Source: Octopus sinensis
Lineage: Eukaryota
NCBI RefSeq assembly: GCF_006345805.1
Contig: NC_043013.1
Location: 5,580,001-5,644,000, forward strand
Length of the DNA stretch: 64,000 nt
Reading direction: 5' to 3'
Part shown: positions 41,200 to 51,585 of the stretch, in pieces
Position numbering within the stretch: position 1 is the stretch's first letter
How the letters are laid out: each line of letters starts with the position of its first letter
Translations under genes and position numbers: made by a program
The notes under the pieces: generated by a model
The model's database searches: none
What the model saw: the letters and a program-made list of their open reading frames with translations, nothing else
What the model was told of the DNA's origin: nothing

Positions 41200-44100
41200 A
41201 TGTGTATATGTATGTGTAGTGTATATGTATATATATGTGTATATGTATATATATATGTGTATATGTATATATATATATATATCATCATCATCATCGTTTA
41301 GCGTCCGCTTTCCATGCTAGCATGGGTTGGACGGGTCAACTGGGGTCTGTGAAGCTGGAAGGCTTCGTCAGGCCCAGTCAGATCTGGCAGTGTTTCTACG
41401 GCTGGATGCCCTTCCTAACGCCAACCAACACCACTGTAGTGGATATATAATAAATCTTTGAGCGAAGTATAAGCAGTAGCTGCACGACATTGTGAAGTAT
41501 ATTTGCCAGGAATAGAAAAAGTCTTCTACGTTTTGAGCCTACGCTCTTCTACAGAAAGGGACACAGAAAAAATAAGGAGAGAAAAATATATATATATAGT
41601 ACAAAGTAAGATAGGGGTTATGGGTGTAACCCACTATGGGATATCATTTATCCAAAACAGTCCAATAGGTGTTAAAAAAAAACGTGTAGAAAACGACTAT
41701 GCAAACAAAAAGTAGATCCTGAAAGTTATGAGGGGAAAAAACGGATCGTGTGAACTTTCTGACAGTCCCCTTCGGAAAACATTTTCCCCCAGAAAATTTG
41801 TGTCATTTGAACGGTATTTCTTTAACAATTCATCAATATATATCCATTTTCCTGAAAGTTATGAAGGAAAATCGAATCTGGTGAATTTTACGAACTCCCC
41901 CACCATCACCACCACCATCCCCGTTCGTTTGCGCAATTTTTTTTTTTAATATTCCTTCTCTACACATTTTTTTTTTACACTTAGTACGCTCTTTTTTTTT
42001 TAGTCTTTTGTTTTCGTTAATGGGTTCCAAACTGTAAATTGACTATTCTACTAAAGCCTCCGGTTGGCCAAAGCCTTGTGAGTGAATTTGGTGGACGAAA
42101 ACTGAAAGCTTTGTGTGCGTGTGTCTTTGTTTCTGTAGTTTTCCTCCACCACCGCTCGACAGCCGGTGTTGGTATGTTTAAGTCCCCGTAACATAGCGGT
42201 TCGGCAAAAGAGATCGATAAAATAAGTACCAGGCTTAAAAAGGAAATATGTACTTGAGTCGATTCGTAAAAAACTAAACTCAACTCTTGGAAGGGAGATA
42301 ACTGCACCCTTTTTCATTGGTTGTCTGACGATTGAGTCTTAATAAAAGTATCTCGTCCAAGGATGGACACAAACAACCTGCCATCAAGAGGTTTTCTAAT
42401 AGTCTGCCGGATCTCAACTATGTGAATTTTATGATATAGAGCTATACACACACACGTATCTACGATGGCCTGCTTTCAGTTTCTGTTTTACCAAATTCAC
42501 ACGCAACCTTTTGGTTAGACAGAAGCTATTATTACAAGACACTTGACGCTGTGGGACTGAAGCTGAAACCATGTGGTTAGGAAGCGAGATTCGAAACCAC
42601 ACAGCTATACCTGCCCCTCCTCTGATCACCTGACCTGCTGAAAATAGTATCCAAATCTCCCTTAAAACTTCGTCTTACCGTCTTAAAAAGAGACACATTG
42701 GGTAATTCATTCTTAGGGAGTCAACTCCTGTAAAATAAATAAATGCATAGGCTATCACGGCTTGAATGCCTTTTATCCTGTCAGCGCTGATCTTGAGCTT
42801 AACAACTCGAGTCAGCAACACTAATTAATCATCTCCAGATTTCTTGTTATCGTCATCTTGACGTCTTTATTCAAGGAAAGGGTAGACAACTCTTTTTTTT
42901 CTAATGATTAACATCAACGTTTTAACGTCCAATTTTCCATGTTTGTGTGGGTCAGACGGAATTTGTTGAGGCAGATTTTCTATGACCGGATGCTCTTCCT
43001 GTCACCAACCCCCACCTGTTTCAAAGTGATAGTTCCCCGTGGCCAGACATGTTTGTTATGAAAGAATGGGAACACACAATGTCAAGACTTGGGTACACAC
43101 ACGAGCTTATAATGACGGGTTTGTTTCCGTTTCTCTTTACCAAATCCCTATGTAATGCATTGATCGGTTTCTCAGGCTATAACAGAAGACACTTGCCCAA
43201 GGCACCACACAGTGGGACTGAACCCAAGACCACATGTTTGGGAAATAAGCTTCTTAACCACATAGCCATTCTTGCATCGATCAAGAGTTCATATTTCATA
43301 ATCTTTGAATGTTCCCTGTGAGGGCAAATATACAAATGAGAAATTTGTTTAATTTCATTTCATTTTAAGGTAATAAATATTTTTCTTTTGAAAATTTAAA
43401 AATTCAGCTCATAAAAAAAAATTGTCATTCACCAGTTTGAAAATAATATTTTGTTATTTTATGGGTTTTATGAAAATTGATCTTCATTTCATCATTTTGT
43501 ATAAATACTAATAAATTTGATAAAAGTTAATTATGATTATTTCTCGATATTACCCAGGGTGGCAAAAGTATACTTCCAAAGTTACATTTCGTATGATGTG
43601 TAACATTCTAGTGTCTAATAATACATATCCATGATTAATCTCCATATCTCCATTGTTTTCTTCCCGTTTCTCTTTCCAACAGGCTGGTTATGGTTACGGC
43701 TTACCATTGTCTCGTCTCTACGCTCGTTACTTCCATGGAGATTTGATCCTTAGTTCTGTCGAAGGCTTTGGAACTGATGCATTTATCTATCTAAAGGTCA
43801 GTTAAACGTTTTAAATAAAACTCTTCTTTCCATCAATGGACTACCTCCACAGTTCCACCAGTTGAATGTTTATGTGCAACAGTTATGGTATAGCTACATT
43901 TCTAGTAAGACGTTGTGTATTCTTGAGGAGAAGCCAATGGTTTAGTTCTTTAGAACATGCTATGATTCTGTGGAAGCCTAGTTACCTAGTTAATGCCAAC
44001 TGAATATGGTATTGTACTTCCAACTAAGATGGTCTGGTAATGAAATACTCAGAAGATAGTTCACTTTGAGTTTTAGATGTTATCAGAAGATACTAAATAA

Positions 44101-47100
44101 TGTAGAGAGTATTCCCTGAGATAGACTGGCTTCCTGTCCAGGGGAAGAGTTATCCGTCATCTAGTTTCATCATCATCATCATTTAATGTCCGAGCACTGA
44201 CATCAACTTAGGGATTACTGAGGTTTTTGTATTCTGTTAAGTGGGTATAGTTATTGTGTTTTAACATCCCTTTTTCCATACTTGCATGGGTCAGACACAA
44301 CTTGTTGAGGTAGATTTTCTACAGCCTGATGTCACCACAGTGATTATATACTTTAGCAACTTTGAGGAAAGTAGCAGTGATAATGTTTGAACATGTTACC
44401 TATGTTTCAAATAACCAACAATCACACATACCTGTTGATTATTTGTAACAGGTGTGAATAATTACCAACTGACAATTACAAAGCAGTGACCTGCACTTAA
44501 GTTATGGTTTGGCTTGATAAAAGAAAAAATCCAGGTTGTTGGCTGTGTGGTAAGTAGCTTGCTTACCAACCACATGGTTCCGGGTTCAGTCCCACTGCGT
44601 GGCACCTTGGACAAGTGTCTTCTACTATAGCCTCAGGCCAACCAAAGCCTTATGAGTGGATTTGGTAGACGGAAACTGAAAGAAGCCCGTCGTATATATG
44701 TATATATATGTGTGTGTCTGTGTTTGTCCCCCCAACATCGCTTGACAACCGATGCTGGTGTGTTTACGTCCCTGTAACCTAGCAGTTCGGCAAAAGAGAA
44801 CGATAGAATAAGTACTAGACTTACAAATAATAAGTCCTGGGGTTGATTTCTTCGACTAAAGGCGATGCTCCAGCATGGCCACAGTCAAATGACTGAAACA
44901 AGTAAAAGAGTAAAGAGTTATATCTTGGGATGGCAATATGGGTTGAATTGATGAAAGGAAGAAGCTAAAGTAAAAAGGACTTTGCTGTGTACAGTCATTC
45001 CAGTAAAGGTGAGGCCTTGTGTATTTGTATTTAGATCCATTACGACTGGTTTTGATCTTAGGAAAGAAAATAGAACAGTGATTTGTGAATTGGAGAAGGA
45101 AGTGGGAAATGCTTTTTGGCAGACGTGTGAGAGAAAGACTAAAGATGAAGAGAATTTATTTATTGTGGCTGGGTCCCAACCTGGGCCGTGAAGGGGGAAC
45201 CATCGGTAGGTGAGCTGGCAGAATCGTTAGCACGCCGGGCGAAATGCGTAGCCGTATTTCGTCTGCTGTTACGTTGTGAGTTCAAATTCTGCCAAGGTCG
45301 ACTTTGCCTTTCATCCTTTCGGGGTCGATAAATTAAGTACCAGTTACGCACTGGGGTCGATGTAATCAACTTAATACCTATGTCTGTCCTTGTTTGTCCC
45401 CTCTATGTTTAGCCCCTTGTGGGTAATAAAGAAATAGGTAAATAAACAAAATAATTCTTTGTTGGAGGAGTTACAAGTAGCATCCATTTTAGTGTGGTAA
45501 TTGAATGGATTGTAGAGGGAGAAAAGCATTCTGGAATGGAGGCGAAAGAAGAACTCTGACTATCCCAAGTAACACCAATGCCGTTTGGTGCAAATGGAGC
45601 TGGGAGAGTTACCTCCCTTGCTCTGCGAGACAGCAGAACAACACTGGCCGAAATAGTTTGGTCTTTCAAATCTTGTCAAGTCCAACATTTTCACCACGAA
45701 ATCTGAATTATCAATAGTTTTTTTTTTTTTTTTTGAAATTAGTGAATTCTTAACCCTTTTGTTATCCTATTTCTGTTGAAATACACTGCCTTTGTTTAAA
45801 TTAATTTTGAAAATAAATTAAGAATTTAGCAAAATAACTTAAGCTAGTGTTTGGAACATAGATTAACATACCATTTTGATGGAAGGTTTTAATTTAAGGC
45901 TCTTTTGTTTAAAATATATTGCTTTTGAACCATAAATTACCAAAAAATTTTGATGGAATGTTCCTATGGATCCCTTTGATTCCTATTTACTCTCCTGGTC
46001 CCCCATAAAACATTCAGTGTTTAAAAAATCCTTTTTTTCCTAATTAAATATTATCAGGAACTCTATTTTTAAAAAATGTTAAAAATATCTTGTGTATTGT
46101 AGAAGTCTAACCAATGTATTGCACAAAATCATATATGGGCTCTCAAGGGTTATTCTGGACCCTAGTTGAGAGCCACTGGTTTAGATCATTTTGAACAGGA
46201 AATTGGCATCACAGAACCAGGGCCAGTCTGAGGCTGGTTGGTATCAAAATAGTTAAATTATAAAGATCAGGAAATTCTTAAACCTCAACTATGTTAATGA
46301 GAGCGTTGTAGTTTGCTTGAAGCATTGTAGTATCGGAGAAGGAAAAAGAAAAGGGAAGATAGAAATGCTTGTAGCAATGCAGAAAATGTCCTCCTTCCAT
46401 GCTGGCATCAGTTGGATGGTTTGACTGGAAACTGGTAAGCTAGGGGCTGCACCAGGTTTGAATCTGATTTGGCAAGGTTTCTACGGCTGGATGCCCATCC
46501 TAATGCCAGCCACTCCAAGAATTTCAGTTCCCTAATAATAACATAATTCTAATACTAGACAAAATAAAACAATCTCTAAATCGATTTATTAATGCTGTTA
46601 ACATCCCAGCACTCAATGACTAATTATTTTGATAATAAACAAGAAGTCTTGCTCCCTAACTAGAATTTCTTATTTGGTTCCAGAAAGATGACTTCAATCT
46701 TACATCTTTCCAACCAGTTGACCTCCTGGTCCTTCTTTCTCCCTCTGTACAACCCTTTTTGTGTGTGTCTTGCAAAACCTTGTCAGTGCAGGTGTCACTT
46801 AAAAGCACCCAGTCCACACTGAAAAGTGGTTTGTGTTCGGAAGGGCATCCAGCTGTAAAAACCTTGCCAAAGCTGACCTCGCCTGTGTTTGTGCCCCATA
46901 AAAAGCACTAAGCCCACTCTGCTGAGTGGTTGGTATTAGGAAGGGCATCCAGCTGTAAAAATCCTGCAAAAACAATCACAGAAGTCTGGTGCAGGCTTCT
47001 GCCTGGCTGACTCTTATGAAACCATCCCACCCATGCCAGCATGGAAGAAAGACGTTAAATGATGATGTTGATGATGAAACAAAATGATACTAGCTCTAAC

Positions 47101-47501
47101 ACATCTTATCCTAGAATCAACCTAACAAATCTAGGAATAAAAAGCAAAAAAATTATTGAAAAATCTTTATATTTGAAACAAGGGAAAGAAAAGGAGCACC
47201 AGAAACATAAAGGTTTTTGTAAAAATTTTTGCATTGTTAGAAGTTTTCTTAATTTCTCTTTTCTTTTCCTTAACAATATTTTTATTTTTTTAAACAAAAA
47301 AAGCCCCTCCCCAAAAAACCGAAGTTTGAAATAAACATTTAAACTTTGCTGTTTTTCTGAATTTCATTTTAGTTGTTTCCAAGTGAAGCAAATGAACTTC
47401 TGCCTGTTTACAACACGACTGCTTCAAGAATGTACCATACAGATACCCTCATCTCAGACTGGAGTTCTCCAGGGGCTGGTACGAACATGAGTCGCAGTTA
47501 G
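4772..47501 (+). CDS. PDK: Pyruvate dehydrogenase kinase, 5'-partial: join(4772..4843,17037..17100,32561..32681,33811..33897,34381..34464,35491..35567,38939..39037,39707..39817,43683..43796,47373..47501)
   Basis: Spliced translation: (W)[318 protein letters not shown]. All introns are GT-AG with matching phases. GHKL kinase N, G1 and G2 boxes and the DW motif are present. Confidence 0.97.
5340..5470 (+). repeat. (TC)n microsatellite
   Basis: Direct inspection. Confidence 0.95.
6403..6632 (-). mobile_element. SINE family B, head-to-head with SINE A at 6646
   Basis: Reverse complement of 45207-45436. Confidence 0.8.
6646..7000 (+). mobile_element. tRNA-derived SINE family A (about 400 bp, microsatellite core)
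   Basis: Head GGCGCAGGAGTGGCT..GTGGTAAG, B-box-like GGGTTCAGTC, tail GACTGAAACAAGTAAAAG; many copies in the window. Confidence 0.85.
7351..7554. mobile_element. hAT-type MITE
   Basis: TIR CAGTGATTCTCAA / TTGAGAACCATTG; 8-bp TSD CTCTAGTG / CTCTAGAG. Confidence 0.8.
7939..8275 (+). mobile_element. SINE family D, with central domain GTCCTTGAACAAGACACTTTATTTCAC; related element at 63150-63420 (-)
   Basis: tRNA-like head with GAGTTCAATTCC; central domain shared with the minus-strand copy. Confidence 0.6.
10397..10608 (-). mobile_element. TTAA-ended MITE family B
   Basis: ATTCAGATTACTCTGTCAAAT ... GCTAAAGTGTTAA; homologous to 61960-62176 and to the copy split by the RTE LINE (36770-36955 plus 38271-38301). 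Confidence 0.65.
11718..12122 (+). mobile_element. SINE family A
   Basis: Near full-length homologue of 62244-62659. Confidence 0.85.
13002..13245 (-). mobile_element. Tc1/mariner right-end fragment
   Basis: TA|CAGGGTG terminus; minus strand [26 protein letters not shown]. Confidence 0.65.
13250..14870 (-). mobile_element. Degenerate, internally deleted Ty3/Gypsy LTR-retrotransposon remnant (gag zinc knuckles, protease-adjacent region, integrase)
   Basis: Minus strand: [14 protein letters not shown] zinc knuckle (about 14690-14740), [28 protein letters not shown] (about 14185-14225), [18 protein letters not shown]...[11 protein letters not shown]. No RT or RNase H seen. Confidence 0.8.
13959..14179 (+). 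mobile_element. piggyBac-type MITE family A inserted in the Gypsy integrase remnant
   Basis: TTAA at 13955-13958 and 14180-14183; integrase sequence on both sides. Confidence 0.8.
15560..15770 (+). repeat. Compound (TA)n/(TG)n microsatellite; a similar array lies at 16740-16910
   Basis: Direct inspection. Confidence 0.9.
15850..16380 (-). mobile_element. Old CR1-type RT C-terminal remnant
   Basis: [22 protein letters not shown] loosely resembles the LKRNF..R....YKSLVRP motif. Confidence 0.4.
17037..17100 (+). CDS. PDK: PDK coding exon B (64 bp)
   Basis: ttccag|T TTT ACC GAA ... ATG GCC CAG|gttagc; [21 protein letters not shown]. Confidence 0.93.
19422..21495 (+). mobile_element. 5'-truncated CR1-group non-LTR retrotransposon (RT region), young copy, in PDK intron B-C
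   Basis: ORFs 19271..20380 and 20353..21330 carry [38 protein letters not shown] and RPHLEYC motifs. (TCTAAG)n-like tail at about 21481-21493; candidate TSD ATATACA at 19415-19421 and 21496-21502. Confidence 0.93.
22271..22523 (+). mobile_element. Mariner-type MITE with long inverted arms and TA TSD
   Basis: TA|TTGGGTTGGTGCAT ... ATGCACCAACCCAA|TA; the centre encodes the mariner C-terminus [16 protein letters not shown]. Confidence 0.85.
26657..26835. mobile_element. hAT-type MITE, adjacent to another hAT MITE at about 26410-26648
   Basis: TIR CAGGGCTGGCCAA / TTGGCCAGGCCTG; TSD CTCTAAGC / CTCTGAGC. Confidence 0.8.
28202..28628 (+). repeat. Compound (TG)n/(TA)n/(TATG)n microsatellites
   Basis: Direct inspection. 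Confidence 0.95.
29843..30823 (-). mobile_element. Tc1-family DNA transposon remnant (DD34E transposase 3' part) with both TIRs and TA TSD
   Basis: TA|CAGTACTGTGCAAATGTCTTCAGC ... GCCGAAGACTTTTGGATGGTACTG|TA; minus-strand [32 protein letters not shown]. Confidence 0.88.
31958..32183. mobile_element. hAT-type MITE
   Basis: TIR CACTGGTTCTCAAC / GTTGAGAATCACTG; TSD AATTAGGG / TATTAGGG; related copy at about 45960-46180. Confidence 0.8.
32561..32681 (+). CDS. PDK: PDK coding exon C (121 bp)
   Basis: tttcag|GGT ... CAC A|gtgagt; [40 protein letters not shown]. Confidence 0.97.
33211..33586 (+). mobile_element. SINE family A
   Basis: Near full-length homologue. Confidence 0.85.
33811..33897 (+). 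CDS. PDK: PDK coding exon D (87 bp)
   Basis: tttcag|CT CTC ... AAA G|gtgagt; [28 protein letters not shown]. Confidence 0.96.
34381..34464 (+). CDS. PDK: PDK coding exon E (84 bp)
   Basis: ttgtag|AT TCC ... ACA G|gtaagt; [27 protein letters not shown]. Confidence 0.96.
35491..35567 (+). CDS. PDK: PDK coding exon F (77 bp)
   Basis: ctctag|TG CCA ... TTC AAA|gtaagt; [25 protein letters not shown]. Confidence 0.96.
36956..38270 (+). mobile_element. 5'-truncated, frameshifted RTE-clade LINE (end of RT with PHD-like finger, C-terminal domain, 3'UTR, (GAT)n tail)
   Basis: [69 protein letters not shown]; ends GGACGTTAAACGATGATGATGAT. Confidence 0.9.
38939..39037 (+). CDS. PDK: PDK coding exon G (99 bp)
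   Basis: ttgtag|AAT ... AAG|gttcag; [33 protein letters not shown]. Confidence 0.96.
39050..39260 (+). repeat. (TCTA)n plus (CA)n microsatellite starting about 12 nt after the exon G donor
   Basis: Direct inspection. Confidence 0.95.
39707..39817 (+). CDS. PDK: PDK coding exon H (111 bp)
   Basis: ttgtag|ATG ... CTG|gtaagt; [37 protein letters not shown] (G1 box). Confidence 0.97.
43683..43796 (+). CDS. PDK: PDK coding exon I (114 bp)
   Basis: caacag|GCT ... AAG|gtcagt; [38 protein letters not shown] (G2 box). Confidence 0.97.
44541..44918 (+). mobile_element. SINE family A
   Basis: Near full-length homologue. Confidence 0.85.
45207..45436 (+). mobile_element. tRNA-derived SINE family B (about 230 bp)
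   Basis: GGTGAGCTGGCAGAATCGTTAGC ... GAGTTCAAATTC ... GGGTAATAAAGAAATA; degenerate copies at 2200-3060, 3730-3920, 8930-9115, 34090-34330, 52660-53350. Confidence 0.8.
46790..47075 (+). mobile_element. RTE 3'-tail short repeat (5'-truncated LINE or LINE-tailed SINE), representative copy
   Basis: AGGAAGGGCATCCAGCTGTAAAA ... GACGTTAAATGATGATG, homologous to the 3'UTR of 36956-38270. Other copies at 100-345, 5680-5910, 25083-25265, 40240-40550, 41281-41440, 59005-59290. Confidence 0.75.
47373..47501 (+). CDS. PDK: PDK terminal coding exon J (129 bp including TAG)
   Basis: ttttag|TTG TTT CCA ...; [42 protein letters not shown], with LPVYN and DW tail motifs; followed by TAG TGA. Confidence 0.92.
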   Translation: MFPSEANELLPVYNTTASRMYHTDTLISDWSSPGAGTNMSRS

Positions 47502-47690
47502 TAGTGACAAATGCAACCAAACAACAACATGAGTCACGACTAGCTGCGATCACTGTTACCTACAAACAACAACAACACGAGTCACAGCTGGTTCGGACGA
47601 CTGTACGAGCATGAGTCACAGCTAGTAGCGACTATTGTACCAAGAGCTGTTTTGGTCAGAGGCTTTGGCTGCTGAAAATGGAAAGTTTTA

Positions 47691-47696
47691 AATAAA
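47691..47696 (+). promoter_or_regulatory. Candidate PDK polyadenylation signal AATAAA
   Basis: First AATAAA after the stop codon (about 190 nt downstream); T-rich sequence follows. No transcript evidence. Confidence 0.4.
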
Positions 47697-48507
47697 CAAA
47701 AATGTAGAGTTTTTAAAAAATGGATTTGAAGTGGACATTTTACAAACTGAAAAATATCTTCATCTTTCTTTACTTCTTTTTTTTATTTTTTAAATGAGAG
47801 CAAGCTGGACGAAGGAACTGATTCCAAGATTTCTTGCTCTCTAACTAGAATTTCTTTATTTGGTTCCAGAAAGATGATTTCAATTTGACCTCCTGGTCCT
47901 TCTTTCTCCCTCTGTACAACCCCCCCCCTTTTTTTTTTTTTTACTCATTTTTCTTTTTATCTTCACCTTAGACCTCTACTACTACTACTACTACTACTAC
48001 TTCTTCTTCTTCTTCTTTACCTCCTCCTTCTTTTCCTCCTACCCCTCCTCCTCCTTCACTCTTGCTGTTGATAAATGTTTTTTTTTTCCTTATATATATA
48101 TTGTACATTTGAGAACAATAACATTACTAGTCAGTAGGTTTCTAATGAGCCAGTCCCTGGTTCAATTCCAACAGCAAGAGTAACTTGAGGTGTCTGCACA
48201 CTTGGCTTTTGAAAGCCTGTATCTCACCAGCTAAGAATTTACTCCAATTCTGTTGTTGAGTGCAGAGAAAGTTCCTATCCAAAGTGTGGGTCTTGGCATC
48301 AGGTGTCAAGGGGCCATCTACAGGCACAAATGTATTGGCCCTTGTAAAATGGCGTCTTTTGTGCTGTTGTGGCAGCATTATTTTGAATTTTGATGGTTCA
48401 TGGCTTATGTGCAATTTTGTAAAGGGATATTGCTGGTTGTAAGCTGTTAATGGTGAGGTCTTTCACAAAATCAGATCCACCATGTAGGTGGGTGTGTGTG
48501 TGTCTAA

Positions 48508-48540
<33 letters not shown>

Positions 48541-48859
48541 TACACACATGCACACACACATTTTATAAAAGGATTTGCAAAGAATTCTTTATACAGTCAC
48601 AATATTTGAAGCAAGATTTGCTTAAATTAAAAATTATTAATTACATAAAACTCTTTTTTAAAAAATCCAGGATGGCATGAACCTTCCAAAGGGTTCTTAC
48701 CATTTTGTTATTTTAAGTTAATTTTTGATATAATTAAAAATTTTTGATTTAAAAAAAATCTTTCTTCATATATATATATATAAGAGAGAGAAAGAAGTAG
48801 AGAGATGTGTGTGGATGTGTAAGTGTTTATATGTCTATCTGCATGGCTGTATATGTCCA

Positions 48860-49760
48860 TATATTGTTAAATAGTATTTTCTGCAGGGTTGGTCCAATTT
48901 GGTATCTGAGTTCAAAATCTGGATTGTATGTTCAAGGTCCTTTAGGATGTTGAGGTAACAACTGTGTCAGAGGTCAGTAAATTTGACCTCATTATGAAGT
49001 CATTGAAAGCGGTGAAAGTCTTCCAACTGCTCCTCCTACAGGTAGCAGCTTCACTTCCCCAAGTCCAAATTTTTTTTCAAAAGTCATTAATAATGAATCC
49101 TTTCCATCATTTTTGCAAGGAATTAAGAAAGAAATGTAAAAAATATGGGCTTCTTGGTAGAATGTTGTGCCTCTGTGGACATGCCTAAATTATAGATTGA
49201 TTGATTAGTATCAATACTTTAGGATCATTGTATTGAACAATGGAGACGGTACTTAGCAGGGTTGCAGATCCTATCAGCCTGACCGAAGCTTTATTTTCCA
49301 ATAGTGGAGTCACTCAATGGTGAAACTATGCTCACTGTTGACTATGCTGGCTAAGCATGGTCACAGGACTGACCAATTGTTGGAGCACATATCTAAGATC
49401 ACTGTTTACATGATGCAAGCAGTTGATCACTAGGTCATATCCCAAATGAGCAGGACTATGCTTGACTAGTAAATACAAACTCACTTGATGGAGGTTCTTG
49501 TTAAGAGCAAGAAAGTGGGCCACGCTGGTGGGAAACGGCGAGGACCTTTTATAATGTTTGGTCCTGATGAGCCAATAGTAACTCAGTTTGCATAAAGAAA
49601 CAATCTTCTTAAGCTGCATTCTGGGTCCAGGATGTTCTGGACCCAATTTTTCAGCTGAGGAGCAAGGGAGACGGGGGATGAGCCACCGTGCCTTGTGTAA
49701 ACCCATTTTGGTCTCAAGATTCACGGATGCCTCTGTTTCTATCACCAGATCCGTCACTCC
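48860..49760 (-). mobile_element. Degenerate Penelope-like RT remnant, possibly extending to about 51100
   Basis: Minus-strand fragments EHPGPR..IVSLC, HFLALNKNL and EVKFT loosely resemble PLE RT motifs (PGRPIVS, IKFT); heavily frameshifted. Confidence 0.45.
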
Positions 49761-50008
49761 TCAAACTGAAGGAGAGGAATTTCTCTTGTCATAAAATAAA
49801 ATATGGCAGATATATAACAGAATCAGTAGAGCATCAATGAAAACGACTCGTGATATTCAGTTATGTACCTTTACATTCTGAGTTCAAATCCCACCTAGGT
49901 CTGCTTTACCCTCTTCTCAAGGTCATTATAATAGTCAATGTAATCTCAACTATGCCCTTGAAGGTGGTGTTCCAGCATGACCACAGTCCAGTGATTAAAA
50001 CTAGTATA

Positions 50009-50046
<38 letters not shown>

Positions 50047-51313
50047 TGGATACACACACGCACATGTGTGTACACCCACTCCCTATTGACTTCCAATGGT
50101 ACAATTAACTCAAAATCGAGAATTCCTTTGGTTAAGATGGACCAAATGATAAGGTTGGAGCATTGCTTTGTTATTGCCATAATAGGTAGGGCCTGGGCTT
50201 ATGAACACCTCTTCCAAATCCCACTTTACCTTCCACTTATTAGCACCATTCAGAGAATCTGGCTTTTCTTTTGTTACACTTCCACTTGCCTTGTGTGTAA
50301 ACAGAGGGTACAGCTCAGTGTCAATTGCCCTGACAGCAATGATGATGATGATGATGATGATGCTTTGGCACATTAGTAAACATCTTCAAGACTTGGTTAT
50401 ACCAGAAAGAATATCCTGCAAGACATGAATTGCATTCTGCCAGAAAATGTCTCAGTGGTGTTTAGTCTCTTAGTCTCCATACAGATGGCAGTTAATAGTA
50501 TCACTACAACCTCCACTGTTTGAAGATTGGCCAAGGATGGGAGCACATCAGACAGTCATCTTAGAAGGAACCACGACCCAGCTGGCTCCATTTCCACAGT
50601 ATCTCCAAAAATAGATTCTTCTAGTCAGCTCTCTCTCTCTCTTCTGTCAGCTTCCAAACCCCAGTGATTTAGTCATATAAGCTTCTCTCTGGCTACAATA
50701 CTCTTTCTGCTCCTTTTATTCTGGTGGATACTCATTGGTTTTCTACATATTCCAGTCCCGCCTGTGTCCTCTGCTCTGAACCTATCAACATCTTTCATTT
50801 CCAGTTCAGACCCTGCCACCTCCATAAGCATCTCTCACTTTCCTTTTCCTTTCTACCAGCAATATTGGCTGCTCCAAAATGAATAAGGGGGCTCCACAGA
50901 ATCCCTTGAGTCTTTGCTACTTTTGTCTTATTTCCATCAGTGGTGTTAATGGCATCAGACAGTTCCACACCAAGCACAGACATCAATGTCTGTTCGTCCC
51001 TATCTTGGTTTGCCCTCCATCTTCATGCCCTCACTTGCCATTGTTTAAAGATATTGCATAGAATATGGCCAACACTCCTAAAGACCTGCAACCTGAGAAA
51101 TGGAATCTACTCTCTTCCATATGAGTGTTTGTTTATGTGTGTGTGTGTGTGTGTGTATGCACAGGCATGTACGTATTCATGTATAGGTATGTATGTGTAT
51201 ATATGTGTAGATATATATCTATATACACACACACTCATATATATATATGTGTGTGTGTATTTGTATAAATATGTGTGTATGTAAGTATATGCATGTATGG
51301 GCATTTGTGTGTA

Positions 51314-51352
<39 letters not shown>

Positions 51353-51355
51353 CTA

Positions 51356-51585
51356 CATGGTTGGCCAAAAGTCACCCAACAGTAAATCAAAATTCCATAA
51401 ATGCCATCTGTAATTCTTTATTGACTCGAATTGAAAAATGTGTCACTCAAGAAGGACTTCAGTTTGAACAATTTTCATGTTTCATATTTAGATGCCTTTA
51501 TTAAATTCATTCAGTTGTTAAACATAAATAAACCTTGGAATTAAATGGTTTTGATTTACTGTCAGCTGACTTTTGGCCAACCATG
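51356..51585. mobile_element. Tc1/mariner-type MITE (230 bp) with TA TSD
   Basis: TA|CATGGTTGGCCAAAAGTCA..ACAGTAAATCAAAA ... TTTTGATTTACTGT..TGACTTTTGGCCAACCATG|TA. Confidence 0.85.

Noticed and set aside
47479-47635. CRISPR-like repeat-spacer reading of the 3' repeat
   Set aside because: Eukaryotic context, degenerate units, irregular spacing, no cas genes
49530-49575. GAAAC...GGACC/GGTCC-CTGATGAG as a type II hammerhead
   Set aside because: Stem III and the NUH cleavage triplet cannot be formed; lies within a decayed RT remnant
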